Assembly (NCBI GenBank): GCA_963782915.1
Contig: CAWALK010000019.1
Span: 96,001 to 160,000, forward strand
Source: an uncultured archaeon
Lineage (GTDB): Archaea > Thermoproteota > Bathyarchaeia > Bathyarchaeales > Bathycorpusculaceae
Length of the DNA: 64,000 bases
Direction: 5' to 3'
Below are positions 50,439 to 60,912 of this stretch, in pieces; position 1 is the first letter of the stretch, and every line of letters begins with the position of its first letter. The position numbers and the translations under genes are program-made. The notes beneath the pieces were generated by a model. The model was given only the letters and a program-made list of their open reading frames with translations, made no database searches and was not told the DNA's origin.

Positions 50439-51581
50439 TTAAGAATTTGTGTTCTCAGGCACAAACCGCCTGAGATTCTGCAGCGAACGCAACTTTTCTT
50501 TTTCGCCAATTCTGGAAGCTTCCACAGTGGATTTCAATATCTGGATTGATTCATCCATGGCTTTGCGGTTTACAGGGAATGGTACGCCGTCTTTTCCGCC
50601 GTAGGCAAAACTGAATTTAACTGGGTCTTCCCAGCTAGGTTCCTCACCATACAATAGTTCGGCGACGAGTGCCAATCCTCGCACAGTTGCCGGTCCGACG
50701 CCTTTGATGCTCAATAGTTCCTCGTAGTTATTGGGTTGGAACTCGTAGATTCTGCTGAGTGTGTCCCAGTTGATGTTTCTTGACATGTTTAGTGTGGTTT
50801 GGGTTTGTGTCCATGGGTTGTCGGTTTTGGGTAGCCATGTTTGGAGGGATGCTTGGTTTTGGGGTCGGTTGGTAGATTGGATTAGTTGTATGAGTTTTTT
50901 GGTAGGTTCTTTTGATAGGTCAACTGAGGCTTTTCTGACTGCTTGACTTTCTTTGGCAACCATGTTTAGGGCTTTATCTCGTTTAATATTACATGCAATC
51001 GCGTTATGCGGTTCCTCTACAAAGCTCGTGGTGTTAGTGCTCAGCCAATGGTAGCGTCTTGCACTGCGTTCCACATCACTCATGCCTTGCTGAATAACCG
51101 CCCACTTCTTATCCTCTGTAACCAAAAAAGCATGATGGTAGAGTTGGTAGCCGGCTTGGATGGCGGTGTTGTCAACTTTTGCGGTTATTCGGCTAGTATA
51201 GGTTAGTTTATCGATGGTTTCTTGCGAAAAACCCCATTTCTCACCCACCGCTTGGATGTCGCTGGGAGTTTTACGGGATGTTTTTCCTTTTCCGCCGCAG
51301 ACAACAACACCATGCTCAACAGGCGACAGCACCGTCTTAAGCACACCCGTGACCACCGTGGTTACGCCGCTGCTATGCCAATCATACGCCAACACGCAGC
51401 CCAAAGCTTGAAACCAGTACGGATCAGACAGGCGTGCAATGAATTTTGCGGTGCCATACTCGTCTATCATTATGTTGGCGATTTCGCGGGCGAGCCCACG
51501 CATGCGGCCTGTTAGCCATTGGGGTGCTTTTCCGCCGTGGAGCGGAAGATTTGCGGTGCCGGTCCGATACATGTTACTCAT
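50439..51581 (-). CDS. DUF763 family protein
   Basis: LPLHGGKAP, DWHSSGVTT, AKVDNTAIQAGYQLYHH, GGKDGVPFPV. Confidence 0.92.
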   Translation of the reverse strand: MSNMYRTGTANLPLHGGKAPQWLTGRMRGLAREIANIMIDEYGTAKFIARLSDPYWFQALGCVLAYDWHSSGVTTVVTGVLKTVLSPVEHGVVVCGGKGKTSRKTPSDIQAVGEKWGFSQETIDKLTYTSRITAKVDNTAIQAGYQLYHHAFLVTEDKKWAVIQQGMSDVERSARRYHWLSTNTTSFVEEPHNAIACNIKRDKALNMVAKESQAVRKASVDLSKEPTKKLIQLIQSTNRPQNQASLQTWLPKTDNPWTQTQTTLNMSRNINWDTLSRIYEFQPNNYEELLSIKGVGPATVRGLALVAELLYGEEPSWEDPVKFSFAYGGKDGVPFPVNRKAMDESIQILKSTVEASRIGEKEKLRSLQNLRRFVPENTNS

Positions 51582-51842
51582 GGGTGGATGATGATTGTTT
51601 GGATTTATGGGTTATTGCATCGGAGCCCTCAATTTTCAGGTGCCTGCGGCTCTCCAACGGAGATTTCAACCACAAGTTAAAGATTCAAGCGCAGTATAGG
51701 CACCTCTGTCACTTGAGTTTTATTAAATATTGGCGATGTTTATTTCAAATCTATATAGGCTAACCATAATATTCTTCTTTGCAGTCAATTCAGAAGAAAT
51801 ATATTCAGATATTGATTATTTCACTTCTGAAGTTGATTTAAA

Positions 51843-52205
51843 ATGGCAGGTTTCCAAATAGTAACCCATAAAGGAAAAAACATCTCAATCGTCGACCTAT
51901 CAAACACAAAAGTCCCACAACAAATAGACATACTAAAAGACGCTCAAAAAACCATATCAGCGATGGCACCAAAGAGCGCACTTATACTAACCGATGAGAG
52001 CAACGCTGAAGTCAATAAAGAAGCCATGGCTGTAGTCATGAATTTCGCAAAGAATAACACACCCTATGTTAGGGCTTCAGCGGCTGTAGGTGCCGAGAAA
52101 CTCAAAAGCGTAATTTTAACAAACATTTCAACTAGCGTCGGCAGGGAAATCAAGAACTTTGACAACCGAACTCTAGCAATGGATTGGCTGGTAAACCAGC
52201 CCTAA
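51843..52205 (+). CDS. SpoIIAA/STAS-SEC14-like protein
   Basis: ILTD...ASAAVG...KNFDNRTLAMDWL. Confidence 0.7.
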   Translation: MAGFQIVTHKGKNISIVDLSNTKVPQQIDILKDAQKTISAMAPKSALILTDESNAEVNKEAMAVVMNFAKNNTPYVRASAAVGAEKLKSVILTNISTSVGREIKNFDNRTLAMDWLVNQP

Positions 52206-52262
52206 TCAATGTAGCGGAAGGCAACCCATGCATACATCGGCGTGAATTGATGATTTGTTTAA

Positions 52263-54068
52263 TTATGGATTAATGGGCAGTTGCACAATGAATTTTGTCC
52301 CTTTGTTAACTTCGCTCTCAAGGCTGATTGTGCCGTTCAAGGCTTCAATTAACCGCTTAGTAACTGCCAATCCAAACCCTTGCCCCTTAGCTTTTGTAGT
52401 CATCATCGGAGTAAACAGTTTAGGTTTGATTTCATCCGGTATTCCTACACCTGTATCGGCGACTGTAATAACAACCTGATTATTTTTTTGTTGACCATTT
52501 ATCTCTAACTTACCCCCATCAGGCATTGCTTGAATAGCATTAGTAACTAGGTTGGTAATGGCTCTTTGAAGCAACATTGGGTCTGTTCTTATTTTTTCGG
52601 CATCTTTAATGTTGATTGAAAGCTTGATTGTATTGGGAAGGCTGACTATATCAAAGATGTTTATGACCACATCAGACAATTTAACTTCAGAATACTCAGG
52701 TATTATTGATCTTGAGTAATCTTGTAAATCCTGCACTATCTTGTTTATGTAGACAACGCTTTTCTCGATATTGTCGATGCTTTCATTTACACCCTCTTTG
52801 GTTTTGCTTTCAGGCATAGCAGTTAATTCCTCCTTGAGCAGGTAAGTGTCACTCATGATTGCCTGCAATGGATTGCGAATATCATGACCAACCATACCCG
52901 CCGTAGAGCCAATAGTTGCCAACCTTTCTTTGACCTGCAGCTGTTTCTCCAGTTCTCTGCGGTCCGTTATATCTTCGCAATTAGCAATTAGGTTACCATC
53001 AGGTAATTTGGTAGCTGTTAAAATAACGAAAACAAAACAACCATCTTTTCTTCTTAAGCAAGTGTCACTACGACTTCTACCTGTTTCCTTGACCTCTCTG
53101 AATTTTTCAAGGCCTTGATTCAGTGAGTCTATACAAAGTATGTCTGGAATGCGCATGTTTAGTAATTCATCTTTTGAATATCCCAGCAAGTTGCATGCTG
53201 CTTCATTCACATAAATGTACTTTCCATCAGGATTTGCAACAAAAACAGCTGCAGGAGTGCTTTCAAGGTAAACTCTAAGCCTCGCCTCGCTTTCTTTTAG
53301 AGACAATTCGGTTTTCTTGCGCTCGGTGATGTCTCTGGTAATTCCTCGAAATCCACGCAGTTTACCTTTGTTATCAAAAAAAGGAACACCGTTTATTTCC
53401 AAAAAAATTAGGCGACCCTTGCAATCATAAGAAGTTGTCTGCATTCCGCTAATCGGTTTAGGAGAATTGATTGTTGTCATAAAAGCCGATAAAGCTTTCT
53501 CTTTATCGGCTGGGGGCATCATGTCAAAAGGGGTTTTCCCAATCATTTCAGCTGGGTTAATTCCCCACAGTTTTCCCATCTGGGGACTACAGTAGGTGTA
53601 TCTTCCTTGTGGGTCGATTTCCCATACGAAATCGTTGGCGGTCTCTATCAAGTCCCTGTATTTCTTCTGGCTTTTTCTAAGAGCATTTTCCATCTTCTTT
53701 TGTTCTGTAATGTCTATTACTATGCCTCTTAAACCAACAGGATGGTTGTTAACGCCAATGACGCTGGTAATGATTATAGCAGGGAATGTTGTGCCGTCTT
53801 TTCTAATAACTGTAAACTCATTATCGCTTGAGGGCTGATTGTTTATAGTTTTCTTAAAATGTTCAATAGCCTTTTGTCTATCTTGTGGGGCGATCAGGTT
53901 AAAAATTTCAATGCCTTTTTCAAAGTCCTTTTCAGTGTATCCGGTCTTTTCAAACCCGTTTTTGTTAGCGAAAATTACCTTGCCGTTGATGCTAGACTCA
54001 AATACAATTTCAGGTAGGGAGTTGGCGAGATTTCTATATCGCTCTTCGCTTTCTTGGAGTGACTTCAA
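52263..54068 (-). CDS. Triple-PAS sensor histidine kinase
   Basis: Three PAS/PAC, AGMVGHDIRNPLQ, NLVTNAIQAM, TTKAKGQGFGL. Confidence 0.93.
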   Translation of the reverse strand: MKSLQESEERYRNLANSLPEIVFESSINGKVIFANKNGFEKTGYTEKDFEKGIEIFNLIAPQDRQKAIEHFKKTINNQPSSDNEFTVIRKDGTTFPAIIITSVIGVNNHPVGLRGIVIDITEQKKMENALRKSQKKYRDLIETANDFVWEIDPQGRYTYCSPQMGKLWGINPAEMIGKTPFDMMPPADKEKALSAFMTTINSPKPISGMQTTSYDCKGRLIFLEINGVPFFDNKGKLRGFRGITRDITERKKTELSLKESEARLRVYLESTPAAVFVANPDGKYIYVNEAACNLLGYSKDELLNMRIPDILCIDSLNQGLEKFREVKETGRSRSDTCLRRKDGCFVFVILTATKLPDGNLIANCEDITDRRELEKQLQVKERLATIGSTAGMVGHDIRNPLQAIMSDTYLLKEELTAMPESKTKEGVNESIDNIEKSVVYINKIVQDLQDYSRSIIPEYSEVKLSDVVINIFDIVSLPNTIKLSINIKDAEKIRTDPMLLQRAITNLVTNAIQAMPDGGKLEINGQQKNNQVVITVADTGVGIPDEIKPKLFTPMMTTKAKGQGFGLAVTKRLIEALNGTISLESEVNKGTKFIVQLPINP

Positions 54069-54324
54069 AGTTTGTCCGCTAACTTTAGTTTCTGCTCTCT
54101 CTTTTCTTTTGGCAACCGTAATTGGTACCCTATAATAATTAATTCAAAATTCTTTTTTAAATTAATTGGTAAAATTGGGCGCTGGCATGGATGATGGGGA
54201 TAGCGATTTGTCATTGTTCTGGCATTTTGAGAGTAGCTAACCTTATTCTTTGAAAAGCTAACGTTGCAATAAGTTAAATCTGGGAAGCTAACATACTACC
54301 CGTTTGCTAGTTCTGTCCGCGATT

Positions 54325-54879
54325 TTAGGCTTTGTAGTTTTTTGGGTCTAATGTGGCGAAGTTGTTTCCGCCTTGGTGGTAGAGGTGGTGTGCACGTTTT
54401 AAGTCCCAACCGGCATCTGTCCATGCGCCCTGGTCGGCGTAGGCTTCCACGATTTTACCGACGAAGATTGTATGGTCGCCGGTTGTCATTTGCCCGTCCA
54501 CTTCACATTCTACATGGGCGATGCATTCGCGGATAGCTGGAGCCTTTACTTTTTTGCCTGGTGTGGGTGTTAGCGAGCATTTTTTGAACTTGTCGAAGCT
54601 TCTACCTGAGAGGTTGCCACAGGTATAGACCGCCTGTAACGTCTCGAGGGTGGGTATGTTTACTATGAATTCGCCCGACTGCTCAATTAGGGTGTGGCTG
54701 TGGCGTCCGGGTGCGATGCTAATCGCTACTAGTGGTGGATTAGAGGACGTTGGCATTGCCCAGGCGAGGGTGGTTATGTTTGGTTTAGCTGAATTGCCCA
54801 TGCAACTGACTAGCACGGTGTGCATTGGGTGCAGAAGCCGATAGGCCTGATTAGTGTTAACTGGGATTTTTGCGGACAT
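54325..54879 (-). CDS. Flavin reductase / flavoredoxin family protein
   Basis: PPLVAISI, GEFIVNIP, APAIRECIAHVEC, GDHTIFVG. Confidence 0.92.
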   Translation of the reverse strand: MSAKIPVNTNQAYRLLHPMHTVLVSCMGNSAKPNITTLAWAMPTSSNPPLVAISIAPGRHSHTLIEQSGEFIVNIPTLETLQAVYTCGNLSGRSFDKFKKCSLTPTPGKKVKAPAIRECIAHVECEVDGQMTTGDHTIFVGKIVEAYADQGAWTDAGWDLKRAHHLYHQGGNNFATLDPKNYKA

Positions 54880-55102
54880 ATCTTTCCCTGTTGTTTAGCT
54901 GGGTTGGGTGCTTATTTTCTTTTTGTTTGTGAGGTGTTAGTAAGCATCCTGCATGGAAAATAGCCCTGTCATAGAGGAAAAATAGTTCCTATGTTATTGG
55001 AATGATCACCGAAAAAAAGTTCTGCCCGGAATTAAGCTGTTGTTGGTAACTTTATTTTATAAATATGAGATGAAGCAGAAAGAATTAGAAAATGGAAAAG
55101 AC

Positions 55103-55360
55103 TTAAAATTGGCGCTCAACCCCAAAAGACTTTGCAGACGGCAGGCCCATGTTAGAAATGACGAACCTGCCCATTTCCAGCTGTAGATTCAGGTTATTTT
55201 CGGCGGTATAATCCGCTAGAAGCTTGTATGAACCCTGCTCGAGCGCGCTTTTTTCGACAGTTAAGACAAGGCCAACTTCGGGCATGTCAAACATTTTTGT
55301 TTCTATTCCGCAGCAGTCTTGTATTTGGCGCTTTATTTTCATGGCTTCGGACATGTTCAT
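55103..55360 (-). CDS. 85-aa hypothetical protein (paralogue of 13187-13420)
   Basis: Sequence similarity to the cassette 1 gene. Confidence 0.8.
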   Translation of the reverse strand: MNMSEAMKIKRQIQDCCGIETKMFDMPEVGLVLTVEKSALEQGSYKLLADYTAENNLNLQLEMGRFVISNMGLPSAKSFGVERQF

Positions 55361-55429
55361 GTCAGGTCTTGCGTATATTGGCCTAAAGCTAAATGAATCT
55401 TGCCGTGAAAGTCCCTCTTCAATTAGATG

Positions 55430-56677
55430 CTACTTTAGATCATTTTCCGGTGGCATACAGTAATGGCAGCCGTCATACCCTATATCGATGGCCTCCGCCA
55501 GGGTATTCTTAAACGTGCCCTTCTTGGGAAATAGGACCATGTTTTTGTAACGCATACGCTTCAGCATCCGGCAATGCAAATTGTGGAGTTCTTTAGTTCT
55601 CTTATTGCCAACGAGACCTCCAAATTCAGCGTTATCTTCTAGTTTTGAAATTACTGAGAAAGCATACGATTTAGCTCCCGCCAAGTTCGGATGACCAACA
55701 GAAGCTAAACGACCCTCTTGTAAATCAAAATCTTTTAGTTGCGCAGCTTCACAGGCAATCATACGCTCTTTCACCACTGAATCTATCGGTTCAATATGGT
55801 CCAAAGGATTAAGCGCAAAAGAGAACACTTCAACTTTTATTCCCCATAGCAATGAATTGTTCGCTAATATTGCACTATTCTCCTCAAAATAGGGAAACGC
55901 TGCAATAACTGAGCGACCTGCGGTTTCTGTAGCATTGTGTTCTTCAACGGCGGTCTGTAGGTCTGCAGCGGATTGAGTTGCAAAAAGCTTACAATTCGAG
56001 ATTATCTGTCCTAGTTTATCATCTAAAATGACCCCGCCAGTTATTGAGCCTACCAGATAAACTAGAGCGAGTGGGAATATTGCTCCGATTGTGGCCTCTA
56101 AGATACCCCCGACTCCATTCAATAATGGACCAAGCTGCAACAAAAGGGGCAGTATTACATCAAAGCTCGTTGCTTTGGTTATGATTGGGTAATAGCCTGT
56201 CACTACGATGTTGGCGTTGGGGAACTTTATTCTGATTTTATCAAGAACTTTAAGACCGTTAGCATAGAAATGCTGACGGGTTAAATCAGACAACTGCTGG
56301 CTAGAAGAGTCAGGATCAAGAATTGTCTCAATGGAAACATCGTTGATGCCAAAATCCATGAGGACTAAATCCACCGTTTCAGGATCGGACACAGCTTCGC
56401 TTTCCTGAATCAGAGTTGGGAGTTTGTTGGGTACTTCGCCGACAAAATCTACCATTAATGGTTCTTGCGTTGAATTGATTTCATCGCCATTTACGTTAAA
56501 GCCGCTAATAGCGCCTGAATGTGCATAAATCTCCAAGTCAACTTTAGCCTTGTGTCTTTCTTCAATCATTTTTGCAATGATGTAACCGATTTTCTCGGTG
56601 TTTTTGAGCCCTTGTCCCCATTGGATTGAATCCCCCAAAACAACCATGCGCATTCGATTTTTCCACATATAATTCAC
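55430..56677 (-). CDS. SGNH/GDSL hydrolase with C-terminal Ada-like metal-binding domain
   Basis: LGDSIQWG, AHSGA, GIND, HPN; GNKRTKELH..HC...GYDGCHYC. Confidence 0.82.
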   Translation of the reverse strand: MNYMWKNRMRMVVLGDSIQWGQGLKNTEKIGYIIAKMIEERHKAKVDLEIYAHSGAISGFNVNGDEINSTQEPLMVDFVGEVPNKLPTLIQESEAVSDPETVDLVLMDFGINDVSIETILDPDSSSQQLSDLTRQHFYANGLKVLDKIRIKFPNANIVVTGYYPIITKATSFDVILPLLLQLGPLLNGVGGILEATIGAIFPLALVYLVGSITGGVILDDKLGQIISNCKLFATQSAADLQTAVEEHNATETAGRSVIAAFPYFEENSAILANNSLLWGIKVEVFSFALNPLDHIEPIDSVVKERMIACEAAQLKDFDLQEGRLASVGHPNLAGAKSYAFSVISKLEDNAEFGGLVGNKRTKELHNLHCRMLKRMRYKNMVLFPKKGTFKNTLAEAIDIGYDGCHYCMPPENDLK

Positions 56678-56847
56678 CGTTTAAGCGCTGTTTAATCAAC
56701 CATTAGACATTAACCATGTATTAAAGAGGGTGGCGTTTTTTCTCGATTAGCGGTTATAACCTAAACGAGAACTCTGGCTAAATGCGCTGTTGTGCAAGAA
56801 AAAACATTTAAACAAAATGCACACAAAAGCTAAACTGGACTTAACCT

Positions 56848-57192
56848 ATGACTGATAAAAAAACTTCTGAAATGACTTTTAGGGAGTTCATAGATACATC
56901 CAGAGCAGCCAACAACCCAACTATCAATGAATTTGAAGCAGAAACATTAACAAGGATGAGCCTCGAAGGGTTTTCTAACGAAGAAATCTACAATATGCCT
57001 ATGCCTAAGCTATGGGGCTTGTACCTCGAAGTTATAGGTAACGAAATAGAGAAAACCTTTTCACAACTGACTCCGGTCATAATGGCTAATCCTAATTCTG
57101 CTGATCTTCTAACGCTCCAGCCTCTTCAAAAACAGTTAGAGGGTTCTCTAAATATGCTTGAGAAGCTTGAAAAGGATAGAAAAAAGCCTTAG
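56848..57192 (+). CDS. Hypothetical protein
   Basis: 114-aa ORF. Confidence 0.6.
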   Translation: MTDKKTSEMTFREFIDTSRAANNPTINEFEAETLTRMSLEGFSNEEIYNMPMPKLWGLYLEVIGNEIEKTFSQLTPVIMANPNSADLLTLQPLQKQLEGSLNMLEKLEKDRKKP

Positions 57193-57374
57193 AGTTTTGG
57201 GTAAGGCAGTAATAACCAAACGCTTTAACGTTGATCGGGCTTACTTCAAAGTTCCAAACAGCCATTTCTAAAGGTCTACTCTGAAGTGTTCAAATTTCGT
57301 AGAAGTTAACTAACTTATTCGCTCTTGAATTACTGAGAAACCCAAGAAGAAAATATTGGGTGTTGAACTGTAAA

Positions 57375-57704
57375 CTACATTATCGAGCGTTTCGTCTCAA
57401 TCTGGTCACGAAGCGATTCGACGTCACTAATTTTTTCGTTTAAGTAAATGGTATCTCCTTCTATTGGTCCCATGAGGTTTCCTGGCAATGGTACTATTGA
57501 TTTTTTCATAATTCCGCTTTTTTCGCCATAGAGTTTTGCAACGTTATCTTCTAGCTTAACGTCGACTGTTGTTATTGCCCATGTGCTATCGTTTAATTCT
57601 ACGTCCTCGACCTTACCAATCATCATTCCATTTTTAGCAATTACCTTTTTTCCTTTTATTTTTTCAATATTAACCAAATTTTTCACCGTTGTATGGTTGT
57701 CCAC
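57375..57704 (-). CDS. PRC-barrel domain protein
   Basis: GKKVIAKNGMMIGKVEDVELN. Confidence 0.85.
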   Translation of the reverse strand: MDNHTTVKNLVNIEKIKGKKVIAKNGMMIGKVEDVELNDSTWAITTVDVKLEDNVAKLYGEKSGIMKKSIVPLPGNLMGPIEGDTIYLNEKISDVESLRDQIETKRSIM

Positions 57705-58097
57705 CCCTTTTTAAAAACTTTCGTGGTATCGTTAGAGCTGTAACAGATTAAGACCTAAATATTCAATGAATCGCACATCAATGCCAATATTGTTATCAGT
57801 TCAAACAAATCAGCCCTATATTATTGTGTGTGATTGGCTGTTCGGCAATATTGCTGGTTTTTTTGGGTAAACGTTGATATTCATTCTGAATAAGTTACTT
57901 GTTTTTACAGCTATACAGCGATGAAAATCCACAAAAAAAACTCAAAAAATCTGTTTTTTAATCAAAAATAGCGGGAAATCGCAAAAAAGTTATCGATAAA
58001 AAGTTAAATGTTAAAAAAATGTTACTGCAAGAATACACCAACGCAAACTTTTATTGCCACCATCGTTTAGAACTTGGAATTTTTTCGGGTGTTTTTT

Positions 58098-60437
58098 GTG
58101 AGTAAGAATTTTAAAGGAACAGTAAACATCGATATTAGGGATTCTGTGCCTGATTGGGTTCCCTATGAGGCGCCTAAAGCCCCTGAAAGCGCACCTAATG
58201 TTCTCTACATTGTTTGGGATGACGTTGGATTTGGGGCTTTTGACATCTATGGCGGTTTAATCAATGTTCCAAACATGAAACGAATAGCAGATATGGGATT
58301 ACTCTACACCCAATTTCACACAACCGCATTATGTTCACCCACACGGTCCTGTCTGCTAACAGGCCGAAACGCCACAAGCAACGCCATGGCATGCATCACC
58401 GAAGCCTCAACTGGTTTTCCCGGGTCCAGCGCACGCATCCCCCCAGAAAACGCGTTCATCTCAGAAGTTCTGGTGGAACGCGGGTGGAATACCTACGCCC
58501 TTGGCAAATGGCATCTAACACCCGGTGAAGAAACAAACATGGCAAGCCCCAAACGCCTTTGGCCACTTGCAAGAGGATTTGAACGCTACTACGGATTTCT
58601 AGGCGGAGAATCAGACCAATACTATCCAGATTTAATATACGATAACCATCCTGTTGAACCGCCTTATGGGCCAAAAGAAGGCTATCATCTTTGCAAAGAT
58701 TTGGCGGATAAAGCAATCCAGTTCATACGCGACGCCAAAGTCATAGCACCCGACAAGCCCTGGCTAATGTATTATGCCCCTGGCTGCGCCCATGCACCTC
58801 ATCACGTCTGGAAAGACTGGGCTGACAAATACAAGGGCAAATTTGACATGGGATATGAGAAATATCGTGAAATAGTGCTTGATAATCAAAAGAAAATGGG
58901 ATTAATGCCCGAGAATACCCAACTGCCCCAGATCAATCCATATGCTGACCTTAAAAGCCCCGATGGGAAGCCTTGGCCAATTCTGGATACAGTTCGACCT
59001 TGGGACTCGCTTTCCGAAGATGAAAAGAAACTGTTTCGTAGAATGGCAGAAGTCTACGCTGGATTCATAAGCTATAATGATTTTCAGGTTGGAAGAATTC
59101 TTGATTATCTTCAAGAGTCCGGACAGTTAGAAAATACCCTTATCGTGGTTGTTTCAGATAACGGCGCAAGCGCTGAAGGTGGCCCCAACGGTTCAGTTAA
59201 CGAAAACAAACTCTTCAACGGTATCCCTGATAAGATTGAAGAAAACATGAAGTATCTTGATGTTCTTGGCTCAGACAAAACCTACAATCACTACTGCTCA
59301 GGCTGGGCTATGGCTTTTGATACACCCTTTAAGTTATGGAAGCGCTATGCCAACTATGAGGGCGGCATTGCAGATGCTTGCCTTGTAGCTTGGCCTAAAG
59401 GCATCAAAGCCCGAGGTGAAATCCGCCATCAATACATCCAAGCAATCGATATTGTGCCAACCATTTATGATTGCCTAGGAATAGAACCGCCAGCGGTTGT
59501 TAAGGGCTATACTCAAAGCCCCATTGCAGGCATTAGCTTCAAGAAGACTTTCGATGATGGTAAGGCCACTACTGGAAAAGAGACTCAGTTTTATGTTATG
59601 CTTGGAACACGTGGTATATGGCATAAGGGTTGGTTTGCTAACGCTATTCACCCAGCGACTAGTGGATGGAGCAACTTCACTTTGGACAAATGGGAACTAT
59701 ACAATTTAGAGGAAGATCGCAATCAGACACACGACTTGGCGGATAAGTACCCTGAGAAGCTTGAAGAACTAAAGGGCTTATGGTTCTATGAAGCAGGCAA
59801 ATACAACGGATTACCCCTTGAAGACAGAACACCAATTGAAGTCCTAACCACTCCTCGACCTCAACCGTCCAAACTACGCCAACGATATATCTACTACCCA
59901 GACTGCGCCGAAGTACCAGAATCAGTTGCCGTAAACATTCGCGGGCGGTCTTACAATATTGCAGCAGAGGTTGAAGTTAAATCAGACAAGGCTCAAGGGG
60001 TTTTGTTTTCGCATGGAGGCCGATTTGGCGGACACTCTCTTTACATAAAAGACGGCAAATTACACTATGTTTACAATTGGCTTGGCGAAAAAGAACAAAA
60101 GTTAACCTCAAACACTAACGTTCCAAATGGTAAGTGCATTCTGGGTTTGCGTTTTCGAAAAGAAGGCCAGGAAGGCTTAAGCGCAGTGGGTATGGCAGCG
60201 CTCTACATAAACAACGAGAACGTAGCTGAGGCAAAGATTCAAACACAACCGGGCAACTTTTCGCTGGTCGGTGAAGGACTCAACATTGGTAAAGACGCTG
60301 GTCAACCAGTTTCAAGCGATTACGAATCACCCTTTGAGTTTACTGGCGGCATTATTAAGCAAGTAATTGTGGATGTGAGCGGTGAGCCTTTCCGAGACTT
60401 GGAGAAAGAACTGCAAGGGATGTTAATGCGTGACTAA
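58098..60437 (+). CDS. Arylsulfatase (Cys-type, C-terminal LamG-like domain)
   Basis: NVLYIVWDDVG, CSPTRSCLLTGR, GKWHL, SDNG. Confidence 0.93.
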   Translation: MSKNFKGTVNIDIRDSVPDWVPYEAPKAPESAPNVLYIVWDDVGFGAFDIYGGLINVPNMKRIADMGLLYTQFHTTALCSPTRSCLLTGRNATSNAMACITEASTGFPGSSARIPPENAFISEVLVERGWNTYALGKWHLTPGEETNMASPKRLWPLARGFERYYGFLGGESDQYYPDLIYDNHPVEPPYGPKEGYHLCKDLADKAIQFIRDAKVIAPDKPWLMYYAPGCAHAPHHVWKDWADKYKGKFDMGYEKYREIVLDNQKKMGLMPENTQLPQINPYADLKSPDGKPWPILDTVRPWDSLSEDEKKLFRRMAEVYAGFISYNDFQVGRILDYLQESGQLENTLIVVVSDNGASAEGGPNGSVNENKLFNGIPDKIEENMKYLDVLGSDKTYNHYCSGWAMAFDTPFKLWKRYANYEGGIADACLVAWPKGIKARGEIRHQYIQAIDIVPTIYDCLGIEPPAVVKGYTQSPIAGISFKKTFDDGKATTGKETQFYVMLGTRGIWHKGWFANAIHPATSGWSNFTLDKWELYNLEEDRNQTHDLADKYPEKLEELKGLWFYEAGKYNGLPLEDRTPIEVLTTPRPQPSKLRQRYIYYPDCAEVPESVAVNIRGRSYNIAAEVEVKSDKAQGVLFSHGGRFGGHSLYIKDGKLHYVYNWLGEKEQKLTSNTNVPNGKCILGLRFRKEGQEGLSAVGMAALYINNENVAEAKIQTQPGNFSLVGEGLNIGKDAGQPVSSDYESPFEFTGGIIKQVIVDVSGEPFRDLEKELQGMLMRD

Positions 60438-60442
60438 GCTCC

Positions 60443-60823
60443 CTATTTCTTTTCTTTAGTCAGGAGATCTTCAAAAAGAGTATCAATCAAGCTTGATTTT
60501 CCGATAACTTCAAGTTGGCGTTGGCGTATTCGGCTCTGGACACTTCTTGTATCTTTCAATTTATAAAACGAATTTATCGACATCCAGACACCATAGCAGG
60601 TTATTATGATTAGGAAAATGTACACAATAATGCTGATGTAATAATTTTTTGGGAGGAAATCAAACGCATAAGCTAAGGTTGCGGCTGCCGGTGGAGTAAT
60701 CAATGATAAGGTTAAACCTGTTCTCAGCTGGGCTAATTGCGTTCGCTCGATGGACAAGTAATTGCGTTCATATGCCATTAAGGTTCGAACAACGGCTAAA
60801 ACCTCTTGTTCATCCATGGCCAT
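60443..60823 (-). CDS. DUF202 (YidH-like) membrane protein
   Basis: LSIERTQLAQLRTGL. Confidence 0.8.
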   Translation of the reverse strand: MAMDEQEVLAVVRTLMAYERNYLSIERTQLAQLRTGLTLSLITPPAAATLAYAFDFLPKNYYISIIVYIFLIIITCYGVWMSINSFYKLKDTRSVQSRIRQRQLEVIGKSSLIDTLFEDLLTKEKK

Positions 60824-60912
60824 AAAACACTTCCACTTAAAGAGTCACTTAGGAAATTATTAAGCTCTGCATTTTTTCTCAAAAATTAGCCTATCATCAA
60901 GCATAGGCGATG

